From Glycera tridactyla (taxonomy: Eukaryota): 64,000 bases of DNA. The DNA lies in NCBI GenBank assembly GCA_965644265.1, contig OZ286469.1:40982001-41046000 (forward strand), given 5' to 3'. A program made the translations under genes and the position numbers. The notes beneath the pieces are model-generated. The model had not been told where the DNA came from. It made no database searches and saw only the letters and a program-made list of their open reading frames with translations. The stretch's first letter is position 1; each line of letters begins with the position of its first letter. This document shows positions 25,887-40,100 of this stretch, piece by piece.

Positions 25887-28644
25887 CTTTCTTCCGATCC
25901 CAGATAATGGCCCATGCCATTGGTGTGTAGCTCTGCCAAACTTGACAGAACCTTGTTGATCAGATGCCTGTAAGTGGGTGTAATTCTGTAATGTACAGGC
26001 CTGTTGACAACACACCTCGGCCGTTGTAACAGATTCCATGACTGGCTGCATGTGCAATTTCAAACATTGGGGAAAAGTGCAGTGTCAGTCTCAATTGCTC
26101 TCAAGAACTTCTCAATGCATCGATTCTGCATGTGACAATCTTCGAAAACACAGAGAATTTCACCCGTGTCATAAATACTACATGACTGTGACCCATTTGG
26201 AACACAGGATATTTCATCAAGATCTACATGGCTCTCAAAATTCAAATCGTTTCTCGATGTGCATGATGCTGTCATCAATTATCTCTAACGACCATCCAGG
26301 AATAGGATGGAACATTTGATGTGACTTTAATCGAGCATCAAAGTAATGGTAACATGATGGATTACCCTCAATGGACGTATACCCACCATCTGAGTGGGGA
26401 ATAGGCGGCTCAGATAAGGTGATGATGAGCCATTTATCGAAATCTGCATGTGAGATCCATGGCATGCAATCACTTCAGTGATGCTCCTCACTGAACATGT
26501 TATATTTCCGGCTGATGACCTTATTCACCAACTTGATTAATAGACACATTGCTGCTGACTTTGAAGGGTCATCCGAAATTCAGTGCTTCCAAAGAATAGG
26601 TTCATTTCCTTATGGAAAGATAGCTCTTGAAACATTTTCGCCCAGTTATTCACCATTTGCAGCAAAGAAAGCTTCGAACAATAAGTGGGGTTTTCGGACT
26701 TAACAAAAATGTCACAATAGCAGATGAATGAATCTTTTATGATGCGACTGGGGAAAAATATTATGGAAGGGAATCTATCGCAACGTTATACGCCATTCCA
26801 AGCGATGAGCAGTGATTTTCGATCTGAAATAACATTCCGCCGTGGCACAAGCTCATGAATACTTTATAATGCAACCATAGATAAAAATATATCGTGGAGG
26901 AAAACCGTGACTTTCATATCACAGACCACAAGGCACTTGTATGGAAAGTTCATCAGATGACAAGTCGCGATCCAGGAATCTCTTATGAGGTACGGATGGT
27001 AGGGAAATCTGTGCCCCAGACCCACCTAGTTTATTATTCCTCGAACCTCCAGCTTGCATTATTTCTTGAATTCAGGCACTGATCATGTCACAAGTATAAC
27101 TCACCATGCACTCGCAATGACTGGAACTATATTCATGGAGAGAGTCAGGAGGGTGGGAACACAAACGAGTCTTTGATTTACAGTCAACGATTTCTACCAA
27201 ATTTACTCTTGGTTGAAAAGTGACCTATGCGAACAGCCTGCTTGCTGTGTCTCGGCTATTACGCCACTGCTATTCATGGGTGAATTACCTCAGAGAGATA
27301 ATCTCATGGAAGTACGATGCCAGGGATTCCAGGACCTTTTTCACTAGTGTCATGATTTTCTTCAATGCGGATGGAAGGGGAATCAATAGATTTTTAATAT
27401 TTGGGTCGTTTATCTTATTAACTGCGTTTCATGCACACCCTCATCTGAGGACTGTTTATAATCTCTCGATAATTATAGTTCGAAACCATATGAACAAATG
27501 CCTCTTACCTACACCCAGTGCTATTAGAAATGACATTATTAATAATAACAATGATAATAATAATATCAATAATGATAATAAGTTGAACATCGAGTGACCT
27601 CTCTACACAGGGAATATGTCTACAGAGGCCACTTCATATGCGATTGTGTTTGACAATGCAAGCGATGAATGAAGCAGATTCTAATCAGTTGGATTTGCTG
27701 GGCAATGAGCTGTGTAGGGGGTTCTAGCACCATCCATCACTGAAGTGTCCGTTCTCACTCCATCCGAGGCATTTTAATTTATATCCAGTCCTGATCAGTG
27801 AAGACAGACATTGATTGAGCAGAATAGCAACAGTTGGGTCGGGTTGTGTTGGCAGAGCACTGCATGAACAAAAACCATTGGTATCTGCATCCTCTCTAAT
27901 CCTGGACATGGATACTCCATGAGGTCGATACAAAGACCGTACCTAGACACTTACATCGTCTGAAGGTTATTTTCGATTCCGAGCAGCTAGATTTTGAAAT
28001 AGTTATGCAAAACGGTTCCAGGAGTTTTCTCAGATGGATAGCAAGCTCTTTAAAGAAAAACTCAAAGATCTTATCTAAATTTAGAGCGTCGCAATAGCTA
28101 TTTGGGCAACTAGCCTTGTCCCAAGTATGAATCTTGAATTCTTTGAAACCAATGCGCAGAGAACAACAACAATTGTGAATCATTTGTCTTTGTGATCTAT
28201 AATTTCTGACATCATATCTACATCATTCATATCATTCAAACTTATCATCTCATTCCATCTCTGATTGTCTCATTGCCATCATTGTCTTTTGAAGTATCAT
28301 CTCATCCTATCATTTGTTTGTGTGTAATTGGAGATTATGTGAATTTGTGTTTCGTCTGTCTGGGTACGCCTCTTTTACGGTGCAACTGTTAATGACGAAG
28401 AAAAATAAAGAAATACGTCATATCATATCATATCATATCATATCTAAAGAATACATGGTCATTTCAGCGAACATCTTCAATTTGAATTGAATCTCACCCG
28501 ACCATATTCTGTTCTCAATGAATGATGATTACTGTATCATCTGTATTGTTGAAGTATATCGCCAAGATACTTGATTATTTATCCATTAATCAACTAGCAA
28601 CGAAAGGCAGATTCACCGACTGGCTGCACTTTCTTGTCAACATC

Positions 28645-29051
28645 TGCTAACAGATCATGACACCTTGTACTAAGAAAGAAACATCGTCATGTGAAGATGA
28701 ACCTTGCTAATGTAATACCAAGCATACAATAGTGGCGCAGACACTAACCTGCTAACAAATCATGACACCGTGTACCAAGAAAGAAACATGGTCGTGAGTA
28801 GATGAACCTTGCTAATGTAATACAAATCGTACATTAGTGGCCAGACGCTAAGCTGCTAACAAATCATGACACCGTGTACTAAGAAAGAAATATGGTAGTG
28901 AGAAGATGAACCTTGCTAATGTAATACCAATCATACATTAGTGGCAAGACGCTAACCTGCTAACAAATCATGACACCGTGTACTAAGAAAGAAATATGGT
29001 AGTGAGAAGATGAACCTAGCTAATGTAATATCAAGCATACATTAGTGGCGC
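28645..29051. repeat. 104-105-bp minisatellite, 4 units
   Basis: TGCTAACAAATCATGACACCGTGTACTAAGAAAGAAA...GATGAACCTTGCTAATGTAATAC...CATTAGTGGC starts at 28645, 28750, 28854 and 28958. Confidence 0.96.
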
Positions 29052-31963
29052 ATACAACAGGAGTTGGGGTTAATGGATGAGGAATCACTTTTCTCATGCG
29101 GATTAGTCAGATACAAAAACTCATGTGTATGGCTGGGATAGCAATATACTAGGAGGCTGTACAGTGCCAAGTCTTGCTGATGCATTAGCGAAGGATATAA
29201 TCGAAGTCTTGGCCTAACATAATCCATCATCGCTTTTGGTGACAAGAAATAACGACTACTCGTCGGGGCTTCTTCGCTGTGTTCTAATCGAGCACGTTCT
29301 GTGTGCTTTTATCTCCATTGTGACACTAGCTGTGTCGTCTCCTAGTATCTCTACCATTAGTTTTTATCTATATTCATCCACTCATTGCTAATCACTCACT
29401 GCCGGTTCTCTGCAGTTCAGAGATATTCAACCTCAGATTTACTTCAAACACATTTTCTTTCTCAAAAATATTCGCTTAGGTCCATCACATCACTCTCGAT
29501 TAACCATCTGACAATTTCTCCTCTTCTTATCCCAAACTACATGAATATACGTGATAAAACTGTGATGGTTAATTCGATCACCCTGGGTGCAACATCTCAT
29601 GCTATCTCTCCGCACAATTGGGTGTTTCAGGCATTCATCCATCCATCTATTCCGGGTGCTCTACCTAACAACTTTTCTATCATTTCTGTGGTAAAGCTTT
29701 ATATCGAGTACTATATCCAGCATATCTGGGTGTAATATCTCGCATTATCTCCCCATGATGTTTCCCAAGCATACCAGAGGCTGTGGTAAAAGGTCAAGTT
29801 CATGTCTATCCTAGTTCTCAAGTCGCATTGACTCATACAATCCCTCCATATATTTGAATTACATGAATGTCCGTGGTGTAATTTTCAAGTCCGAGTCAGG
29901 CAAAGAGGTGAAACCCTAACCATCCTGTGACTAGCTATCTTTTGTGGAAGCCACTTTTTTGTCATCTCATCCCTTCTTATCAACCATCTTTTGTAGAACT
30001 AAAAACAATTCTATGATTTTATGATCTGTTCTCGTTCATGTAGAAGACGACAGATAAGTAGAACCCCTTTAGGAATATCTGTGTATCTATTCCATCATAC
30101 ATTACAGTGGTTCTGGATTTTTTGGGATCGTCATTTTAGAACCTCATATATCTTTCGAGAAATACTTGCATGCAGTATTCAGGCTGAAGAGCGGTAGGAT
30201 ACTAATTGCATACAGACAGAATGTAGAATAAAAAAGGTGGGTGATGCCGAACAAAAGACGATGGAAATTACGAAAGTGTTCTTGACATCATGGGGAACAG
30301 AGTCATTAACTCTGGGATACTAATATCCGACTAACATAGCCATGATTATTCCACTCTCATAAATCAGGTAACTTTCATTATGTGATCAACAATAGGCAGG
30401 ACGCGTTGTATGCATACATGGGCAAAGCAAAGTAATTTTGTCGCTGTGCTATATAAGACTATATGCTCTGGCTGTTAGACATACTAATCACTCATCAGAT
30501 GCTATTGACTGAGTAAACGACCGATTCATATGCACTGCCATAAATCCAGTGGGCCGCAAGGCGTAGTTTCTTCATCAAGATAAATGCAGAGACTGGTCAT
30601 TTCTTGCCCTCAGGAATCTTTGTTGTTTATCACATGACAGCTGTACTCTGATTCATCTCTAACGTGACACGATGTATCCATACCCACACTGTGATTTCAG
30701 TTCTTCCCACAAACAAAGCCAATAAAGATAGCATGATCCATGCTCTCTCTATGGAATATTTGATTCCTTTTTGGTACCTCAAAATAGGCTTACGTTAAAT
30801 ATATCTTCAGCATGCAGGAGTGATAGACAAGTACATGCAATTGTGGAACTCATGCATGTAACAATTAACAGCATTGATGGGGACAGATATGTATACATAC
30901 AATCTAAATCACAATGTACGATGAACTCCTACCAATCATTTGACAGCAGTTAAAATATGTGGTTTAAGGTTTGCTATGTAAACAGATTTTGAACATCATT
31001 ATTAATGGTAATATCCCAGAGTATGTCTCAATATGGTTTCATGTGTTTTGTCGGGGGACACGCATATTACATATAATGATGAATGTTTTATTATCATACA
31101 AACTGGTCACAATGGGGAGCTTGCTTCCGAGCCCCTCGACCAATCTCTGTACAACAGTATTCTGTCTACATGTATGAATCCATTATTGCATCACCTGGCA
31201 AAATGAAGTTCTGTCTATTTCTGTCTATATCGTATATTATCCACACATAATTCACATGAATGTGTGATCCATTTTGCAACCAGTCAGATTGTCTCCAGGA
31301 TTGTCATAGGTATAACATCGAGGACGAAACGCCGTAACTACACTGGGATTCGCTGGTGATTGCACTCTCTCTTATTACATTACTGCTGAGATAATGTGTT
31401 GGGTATCATGCTTCGTTGAACAGTAAAGGCTAATCAGAGGCCCAGATAATTATGTCGAGGATTCCTGTTGTGCTAGTGAATAAAGGACTGTGTAATAGAT
31501 TTCGCAGATGAGTGACAACATCGAGATAAGAGGACACTCCAGGGGCTCGAATAATATTACAGAGAGAAGAAAAATGATCAGATATGTGATTATCTCACAC
31601 CAGATGAAGGGATGATTGATCTATAAAAATTGGGCAATATATTATATGGAGAAAAGAGCACCCAACAGCTCAGTTTACATTGCGTGCCTGGCCCAACCAG
31701 ATGCCGTCAAGATTCACGATAATCAGTGGATTGCTTGTACCTTTATTCATCCAAAAAAGAGTGATCAACTCAGGTATACACCTTCTCAAGTAGTTAATGC
31801 TGTTTTGCCCATTCTCTGTAGATGACTGTGTATGGTCGGTTGAATCTGATTATGTATCCTGAAGTCGTAAATGAAGTATATCATATCATATATCATCTTG
31901 AAGGTCACCATGATCTCCAGGTCCACAAGGTAAAATTGTGGTGTTAACTCTTGTTCTTGACCC

Positions 31964-32361
31964 ATTGCCATGGCAACGAAATGAGAAAATTCAATTGATT
32001 TTGGCTATGTATGCCTAGCACAGGACCATCATTGTACTATACCATTCAAATATGATATCAATATCTGCCGCCATGTGAGCTTGACCATCTAGCATTGGCA
32101 CAATTTTTAGTTAGATGCTATATTTCCCGTAAAACCTATTTTTATGATGAAAAATTGGAAAATCTTGCTCAAAATCATGACAACAGTGGGATTTTCTCGA
32201 ATCTTAAGACCTAACTAAAATTGTGCCAATAGGGTAGTGGAGAGCAGTCTCAGGCAAGTCACTTGGTACCAAATATGATCCTCTATAATAAATATTCTTC
32301 TTGCGCTGGGTCAAAATAGCCTGGAACTGAATCATTCTTCTGTTTTGGTTGCCATGGCAAC
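31964..32361. mobile_element. Diverged palindromic MITE-like element with GTTGCCATGGCAAC near both ends
   Basis: (A/G)TTGCCATGGCAAC at 31964-77 and 32348-61. Inner inverted repeat ATTGGCACAATTTTTAGTTAG (32094-114) pairs with CTAACTAAAATTGTGCCAAT (32211-30). The arms between are weakly complementary. Confidence 0.6.
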
Positions 32362-35300
32362 GGTTTCAGGAGGGTTGTGGGCCATGAGACATAATCTATC
32401 ATGGAAGGTAATGAAATAATCTATGATCATATGTATAGGTTTATGTACCTAATCGTGCTGTTATCTACATCCCAAGAGTCAATTTGAACGAATATAACAC
32501 ACTGGCAGGGATGCCTGCAAACTGCATTAATGACTTGAGTTCCTCTTCTGTGAATATACCTACCAGTAATTGCACATTCAAATACGCATATTGTGCAAGA
32601 CTTCGAGTGTACATCGCTGGTTCTTCGGATATCTTTATGACAGGTATTTCATCACATTCTGCCAGGACTGCAGACATCAAGAGGATTCGAAAGTCCTATT
32701 TCAACCTCACGAACTGATTTACTCTGGTGCATAATACCCCTTCTCTCTGAGTATAATTCTTAGCTTCTACATATTTAAAAATCCACACCGTACATAATCT
32801 GCCCATCGCTTATTCATTTACTAGTATTCACTCATTTGCTGCCAAGACTGAATACAGTCAGAGTATTTCAAACATTTCAATCCACATTCACACATTGATT
32901 CTTTCGGTTGTGCATCTTCTTTTCGAGATGTTTTTACTCACCACTTTTTGAATGGATCATCATCATTATACGTCAGATAACTATATGTACTGCTAAATGA
33001 CACTATCGCATGACGATAGCAATGACTTCACTCCACCATATTGGCACTAACACCTCGAAAGTTCGCGCCCTTATTTTTTTCATCTAATCAGCAGGATTGA
33101 TGCCATTTCTGTCTGGCTCCGAGTCAAATTTCTGCGGGACCATTGAGGAAAATCTATCGAAATTTAGTCTCAAGTGTAGAGTCTATTCTCATATGCGCTA
33201 CTTTCTCTTCCCCCGACCATACTCACAGTGACAATGGAGAACATCTCATCGGATATTTTGTTAGCAAAAGTAAGCCTTTCTAAAATCGCCTGATGAGTCT
33301 ACAGGAAAATTGTTGAGAGGGAGGGGGGAATTTTCCTTTCAGTTCATAGGGCTTGCAGTAAACTCAATGTTAATCACCCGCATATCATAAAAGTCCAAAC
33401 GATAATATATCCTATCTCTTGTGATAAATAGTCTTGATAGCTTTTGGATTCAAGTGGGCTATCCAGACCTTGAACATTTTATATGCCTTTTACGGGGAGA
33501 ACTGGAGACTGGCTGAGAATAGGTTCAATATCTAAATGGACCTATCAGTATCGCATGCACTGATTGCATATTGTTTGACTGTATTACTCTACGGCTTATC
33601 CATTTCTTGCTTGATTCCTTGCAAATTGCGTGCTTTCCGCGTATGTAACGACTTCCAAGCCACAGGCGTGGCGGGAACGAGCAACAGAAATCAAAAAATT
33701 TAGCTCAAATACCTCCTGGAGTTTTAGGAAGGTTGTTGAGAATAATTTGCAAAAAATATTCGGGCCCCTCAAATTGAATCCATCTGGTCATTCGTTCAAA
33801 TTGTGTCTTACTCTTCATCTGTAAATAATCAACATTTGCCTGGATCAGTTTCATACTATCTAGCCTTATATTGTCGAGACACCCATGCGAATGAGCCATT
33901 TATCCCAACAGAAGGGGAATACGACATCATTACCACACGAAGTGGCTCAACATTTCTATTCGTTGCCAAATTGGTTCGGGGAATCAATCATCTCGTGCGT
34001 GGGTATATGTGGTTTTCGACTGATTCTATGCATGTTCTATACCAATGACATGCAAAAACAATGTGGATGGTGAGTAATCAAATTGTGTAGACTAAATAAA
34101 TGATGACATCATGGGCGGGATTGACGGTCACAGGTCAATATGGTATCCATCAACATTTCCACCATACACAGCTCATATCATTTGGTATCTGGCAGAGATG
34201 CCATCCTCAGATTCTTTGCTAATTGATATGATACAATTTTTCGCTCATTATATGTCGACGTTCCATGTGTTTCATGCATCATGTCATCTGGATGAAGTGT
34301 ACAATGATATTCTCTTGCTAGCCTATCATCCACTGGTATATGCAATCATATATCCAGTGATACATCGCCAAGTTGATAATGCGAATTCATCATCCATCCT
34401 AATTGCGCCTAAATGCACTCATATTTTCGGACATTTTTGCCCAATATTCAAGACTATGGTAAAATTGACCCGGAGGATAGCTCACCCCGTGCGTGCCTTC
34501 CAGTTATTCTAACTGGTTTTATTTTATTCCTAATAACAGCATGATGAAAGGAAGACTCCACCATGATGAACTTTATCATGGATGTATTGGTAAAATCCTA
34601 CTGTCCATGGATTTGTGCCATAAATCCCAGTATATGGACAGGATGTCACTTGTGAGGATTGCTGTTTTTTGAAGAGCAATTTGCGGTTTTGATCTCGGTA
34701 ATAGGGCACGGATTTTCAGTTCGTGAAGATGAGAGCAATGTTGAATAAATATTGGGAATATTTCTCAGGCGAGACCTACCTCAGTGAATTGGAACACTCT
34801 GTACGCCGAAGACTCAGTCATGTCCACTGAAAAGTAACCTCCGTCTTCAATAAATCTTTTGCAGCACTCTGAGCAAGTGAGCAACTCTTCAATAGTCGGT
34901 TATTATTTTCAAGTATGGAGCCTCTCTGCTTGATACAGAGAAGACAATTATATCAACCTATGCAGCTGTATATTTGACATCTATCGAAACTCCTCCTGGG
35001 TCCTCAAGAGAAGTTTGGAATTCACAGAATGCAATGAAATCTCTGAAGGCATCAAGCTCGAAGGTCGACTGCTAGTATGTAATGGACTCTGATTTTCCAT
35101 ACCGTTTGTTCCACACCCATGAAAATCAAACTCTTCCCTCAACATGCATCACTTCAACATACACTACACAGATGACGGTGGGGAGTAAGACATATTATGT
35201 GGATGCGCCTCTTGGTGTAGACACAACACTACCTACGTACAGTACCACGAATGAACCTATAGATGACAAGCATATACACTACTACCGCACATGTCTTATC

Positions 35301-36231
35301 ACTTCCTCAAAGCCGAGTAGCCGACTGGATGTCTCTCGTAAACGACTAGCCAATAAACCAGAAAGGCAATGTCCCACTAAATGTGATCGCCCCTGGGATA
35401 TGGCAGCAACATGTGGCTGGTAATCCGCGTGAAATTCGTATAGGATGGTCGACTAAGCAGGTTATCCCATCAGAATCACATTTATGGTCAAGGTCATCAC
35501 ATCAGCCTACTGCCAAAGTTCAGCTTGGGATATCCCGGTCATTGACCACTGACGACAGACGCGACAGAACGACCTACTAGGAATCTTCATATAACTTGCA
35601 CTCAGTTCGCAGAAAATTCTGTACTAATCAGTGTTGCAAAACACTGAAATGTTATTCTATCGTAATTTTCTCTGATCAACATAATTTTCTCTGATCACCA
35701 TCTTCTTAATGCGAATAGAACATCTGATTCATTGATGTCGTGAAATTCTATCGACATCATTTTTCAACATGGTGATCTGATAATGGTGGCTCTTCCCTCT
35801 CTGATAGATGTCATTTGTATGTAACGCGATTAGACTGCTACTCGGTTTTGATATGTATGTAATGTGTGTGTTGCGTTTCACGGTGCAGACAAAGAAAAAC
35901 ATACATTTACTGTCACTTTCTTTTCTTAGGTCACTGAATGACATGAGCAAACTGTATGACCCTCGTATCCAAGGTTGCTCTGACTGATTTAATTTCCACC
36001 TTAGTAAGGACACTTTTAAAAATGTTGAATAGAGGTCCGTAAGGTGAGATGGCACAGGTTGGGGGTTTCTGATAAACATGCAATATTGCAGAGAACGATG
36101 AACCGATCGAGAACCTGGTCATATTTTTCACATTTTTGATGGCAATCTTCGTGGCCTCCCTGCACAAACAGAAGCACCAGCCCTGTCAGTCTTGAAAAGG
36201 TCTCAAGAAATCAAAACATTATCCGCCTTGT

Positions 36232-37144
36232 GGGATAGATCTGGAACACACGCTCCCAACCTGAGGATTCTCAAACTACGTATGATATTTACATTATTAT
36301 TTACATTATCTCAGATATTTTATATCGTAGCAGGTCACTTCTATCTAAGATATGGAGACAATAATAGTAGGCCGCTGTATAGCTTAAGATGTCGCCTTCA
36401 TAATCATGAGAAATCCCATATACTATACAAAAAGCCATGACAATGTTAACTTTCAGCGAATATGTCTCTTTGTACACACATAATTGATGATATGTAATTT
36501 CTGTCCAATCTTAGATGACCTCTCCAAGTAGCCATTTCACTCACATATTCACACCAGTAAGACAACCTAAAGCTGGGGTGAGAACTCAAGGCTGTGCAAA
36601 CATTATCTGCTCCATGTACTGCTACTTTTTGGAATAGTATTCAAGGAGCAACAAGCAACACGCAAGTGTACTCAAGCTCATGAAGGGCGGATCGGTTGGA
36701 GCATGTCCTGTTTGTTGTTTTTGCAAAATGTCTCAAGCAAACATCATTTACCTGATAGGATAGATCCGGAACACACGCTTCCAATTGTAGAAAACTTTAG
36801 GGTTCCCCTTCATAGCATGACACATTCCATATAGTATACAGAAAGTCATGACCTTGTTGAATTTCATCGAATATCTATCTTTGTTCACATTTTGTTGATA
36901 ACATGTGATTTTGTTAAATTTGTGGTGACGTCTTCAAGTAGCCGTTTCACGCATGAATTCACACCAACAAGACAGCTTTGAGCTGGGGCAAGAACTCTAG
37001 GTTGTTCAAATATTATCAACTTCATGTACTGCTACTTATTGGAATATTATTCGTGGCAACAAGCAAGAAGCAACAAGCAAGTGTATCCAAGTTCATGTAG
37101 TCACGCACATATAACACTGTGAGCGGATCGGTGGGAGCATGTCG
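36232..37144. repeat. Old diverged tandem duplication (36232-36710 and 36758-37144)
   Basis: Shared blocks in both copies: GGATAGATC(T/C)GGAACACACGCT, CAAGTAGCC(A/G)TTTCAC, AGCTGGGG, CATGTACTGCTACTT and GCGGATCGGT(T/G)GGAGCATGTC. Copy 1 carries about 120-150 extra nt. Confidence 0.9.
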
Positions 37145-40100
37145 ATCCTGGTGTTTGCTGTTCGTGCACGTCACAGACATAACAAATCTCGCCTGCTCTC
37201 GTCTTTTCGCGAATAATCTCGAGGCGGGTGTCAGTGACACACAGTTACCGGGATTAACCACTGCGTGACCTTGCCCTTCATCAGTAAATCACCACTGTTG
37301 TTTCTCTCTTCCCTGGCCTTGTATGCCCTACTTTTCTCCAACGTATCTCAATGATCTTTGCGAACTTTTTCATTGTGTGCGGTCCTGATTTATTCGTGGA
37401 GACATTTCAAGGCATGTGCCCTATTAAGGATAATCTCATTGCACATTCCATTGGGGCCCTATTTTATCATAGCAATATGATGTGATTGGGATCATCGCTC
37501 CCTGTACCTATGTTTACGCAGACAAAGCTTTATCCCTCAAGTAATATTCATTAGAGATTCAGGCAGACACCCCTGGTTGCGGGACGGAACCAAATGTGAT
37601 GGCGGACAGAAAATGTCAGATCCGATGGGTCATGCCTACTCTTGTAATGCTGTCCTGAGGTAGACAGCGCATTCTCTCAGAAAATGAAGCATTTTCTTGT
37701 TTCCTGTACAGCGCTTCACGTGAAGCATTGATTTGGACCTAGGTGCTGGCCTCCACCTGCTCACATAGATATGTTAACGAATGGTTTCTTCGTATTTACT
37801 TTGTAACGTTGTAATATCGTATGTAGGTTGAGGTGTATTCATGGCAAGTCCAACCCTTCTGGTTCCCACCAGCCTGTGTTCAGGAGTTTGGTGGAGTGAA
37901 TCATGTGAGGAACGGGACCTCCATATTTCATAGATCAGGTCACTGACAGCCCTGCTTGTGTGGATCCTCATTGCATTTGATCCTGAATTGAGCAACTACT
38001 CTAGGGATACCAAAACCGAATACTGGTGAATTATATTATAAATCACATGCAAATTTCTTGTGGTTGCCCGATACATGTTACTCATTCACTACAAGATACT
38101 GGCACCTGTGGTAGGAGTGAATCATTTCCATCTGTATAATTCCAGAAGATCAAGCTTTATTTATCACACAAGGATGAGTGGGCAAATGCATACATGTGTC
38201 GATATTTGGAGACTCGTGGGTTTCATGGATTTTAGAGAGGAAAGTTCTGTGGTATAGATATTCCCTGTTCATTATCCGTACTTGCTGATCAAAGCCTGAA
38301 GTGTGATCCCACTGCTCCTCCAATCTCCTTCAACAATTTTGACTCACTCACCAACACATTGAGAATTTCTATGAATCGAATCTCAAATTTCGTCTCAGTA
38401 TATATTCATTCAAATTCTGTTTTTTGTAGTGATTCAAAAGTTCAGGGAAGTATGGTGCAAGATTACAACAAAGATGTATCTTGCGATGAAGTTCGGGAAC
38501 ACCCATGTCCCCATTACCCTTGTTTCTGGTGATTTCAAAGAGGATTTTCAAGTACCTTCAATCTTGGATAGATGTTTGACCGTAATATTCTGAATGGGAG
38601 CTGTTTCATGACACACCTCATGTTTCAGAAGTGGCATATGGAGAAAATGAGCGGCTGAACTTGTTTCCATCTTCATATCGTAAGGTACACTAAATCCCGC
38701 CTAAATCACAAGCACTCCACGATCGGAATCACTGCGGATGGCCAATTGTCAATTTATACGTATGTCAACTGGAATGGTGATGCACCAAGGACTCACTGAG
38801 CGGAGTCAATTCGAATTGAGCTTTCTGTGAGTGTAGTGCGGATCATATAGACTGACATTAGGGTCTCGGATCAACAATTTTGGTCGCTTTTTTGAGCATA
38901 GGGTCGGCTCGTCATTGAGTAACAATGTTGTTGGGAGTAATCGTATTCTAGTGCACCTCATGATCAATCAACAAATTCGAAAAATTTGGCATGGGTATTC
39001 GAAGGACAGAAAATGATTCCAGTTTTACTGTCAGTTTGTGAACGAAGGAAGAATAACATTCAGGAGACTGGCTGCTCGGCACAGAGTAGAAGGTGCATAC
39101 AACAATATTTATGGCTTGAGCATCACTGGTTAATGGACATAGATGACAGGCTTACAGGTGGCCATCCCAGGCATCAGTACTAGCAGTCTGTTGATTACAG
39201 ATTGCTGCTACCGTTACGTGCAGCGCTGAGCTCTGATCAAGTCAGACCAGATGCTTGCCTCTAAACAGACCCACCAATTATTTAGATACGATTGCGCAAT
39301 GGTGGATGGGCGCCTCTTTCTTCTAAATATTTCCGTCCGTCACGGATCAAACCAGGCTACTGCCGGTCTTAAGTGGGCTTTGGGAATACACAGCTTGAAT
39401 ATATGTAACGCTCGTGATATACAAACCTGCAGAATATCATTCATTAGCTATCGAAGAAGGGTTCTGAATCCTTCGCTTCAGTTTTTATTGCATTGGAAAC
39501 ATCAAATTCGGGAAGTATCCCGGAACTCCATACTTGCCGCGATGAGGCTTCATCAACGCATCCATTCCAGCCTGAACCTATCGGCCACATGTGCCTATTT
39601 ATATTTTATTCCATGCTGTATACTTCGTGATACTTCCCCATCAGTCCAATCGTTTTATGTTATCAATCAATCGTCGTGTCATATTTTGACAGTCAGTACA
39701 ATACCCCATCATGTGTCACTTGCTCAATAATATGGTCCTGAATACCTACTATGCCCTTACAGTGATAGCATTTACTTTGTATACATCTTTCTCTATCTGA
39801 TATTCTTCACTACATGTGGAAGATATAGTACTGTAACTCATGCCAATGGACTTGATGTTGGTGGTGAATGCTCTCAAATAGACTCAATTCAAGCTAAATA
39901 TCCGATGTTTTGATGATGGCTATCCAGATGCCGTTTTCAATTGATACGGTCACATAAGGCCATCTAGTGAAGTCATCCGCCCGTTCTTTATGTACACTCC
40001 AGTCAAAATACCAAGCATATTTTCTTCATCCACTCCTAAAGTTGTCTTTTTGAGTGATATCTGGGTTGGGTCGTCATAAAGGTACGTATCCTCAACTTCT

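Noticed and set aside
25755-26063. LYCDAHAMGMGG resembling a DIRS RNase H motif
   Set aside because: It is the antisense reading of the non-coding SINE-like tail that is also present at 61360.
34100-34135. About 20-bp match (GTCAATCCCGCCATGATG) to 57582-57600
   Set aside because: The similarity does not extend on either side and is likely chance.
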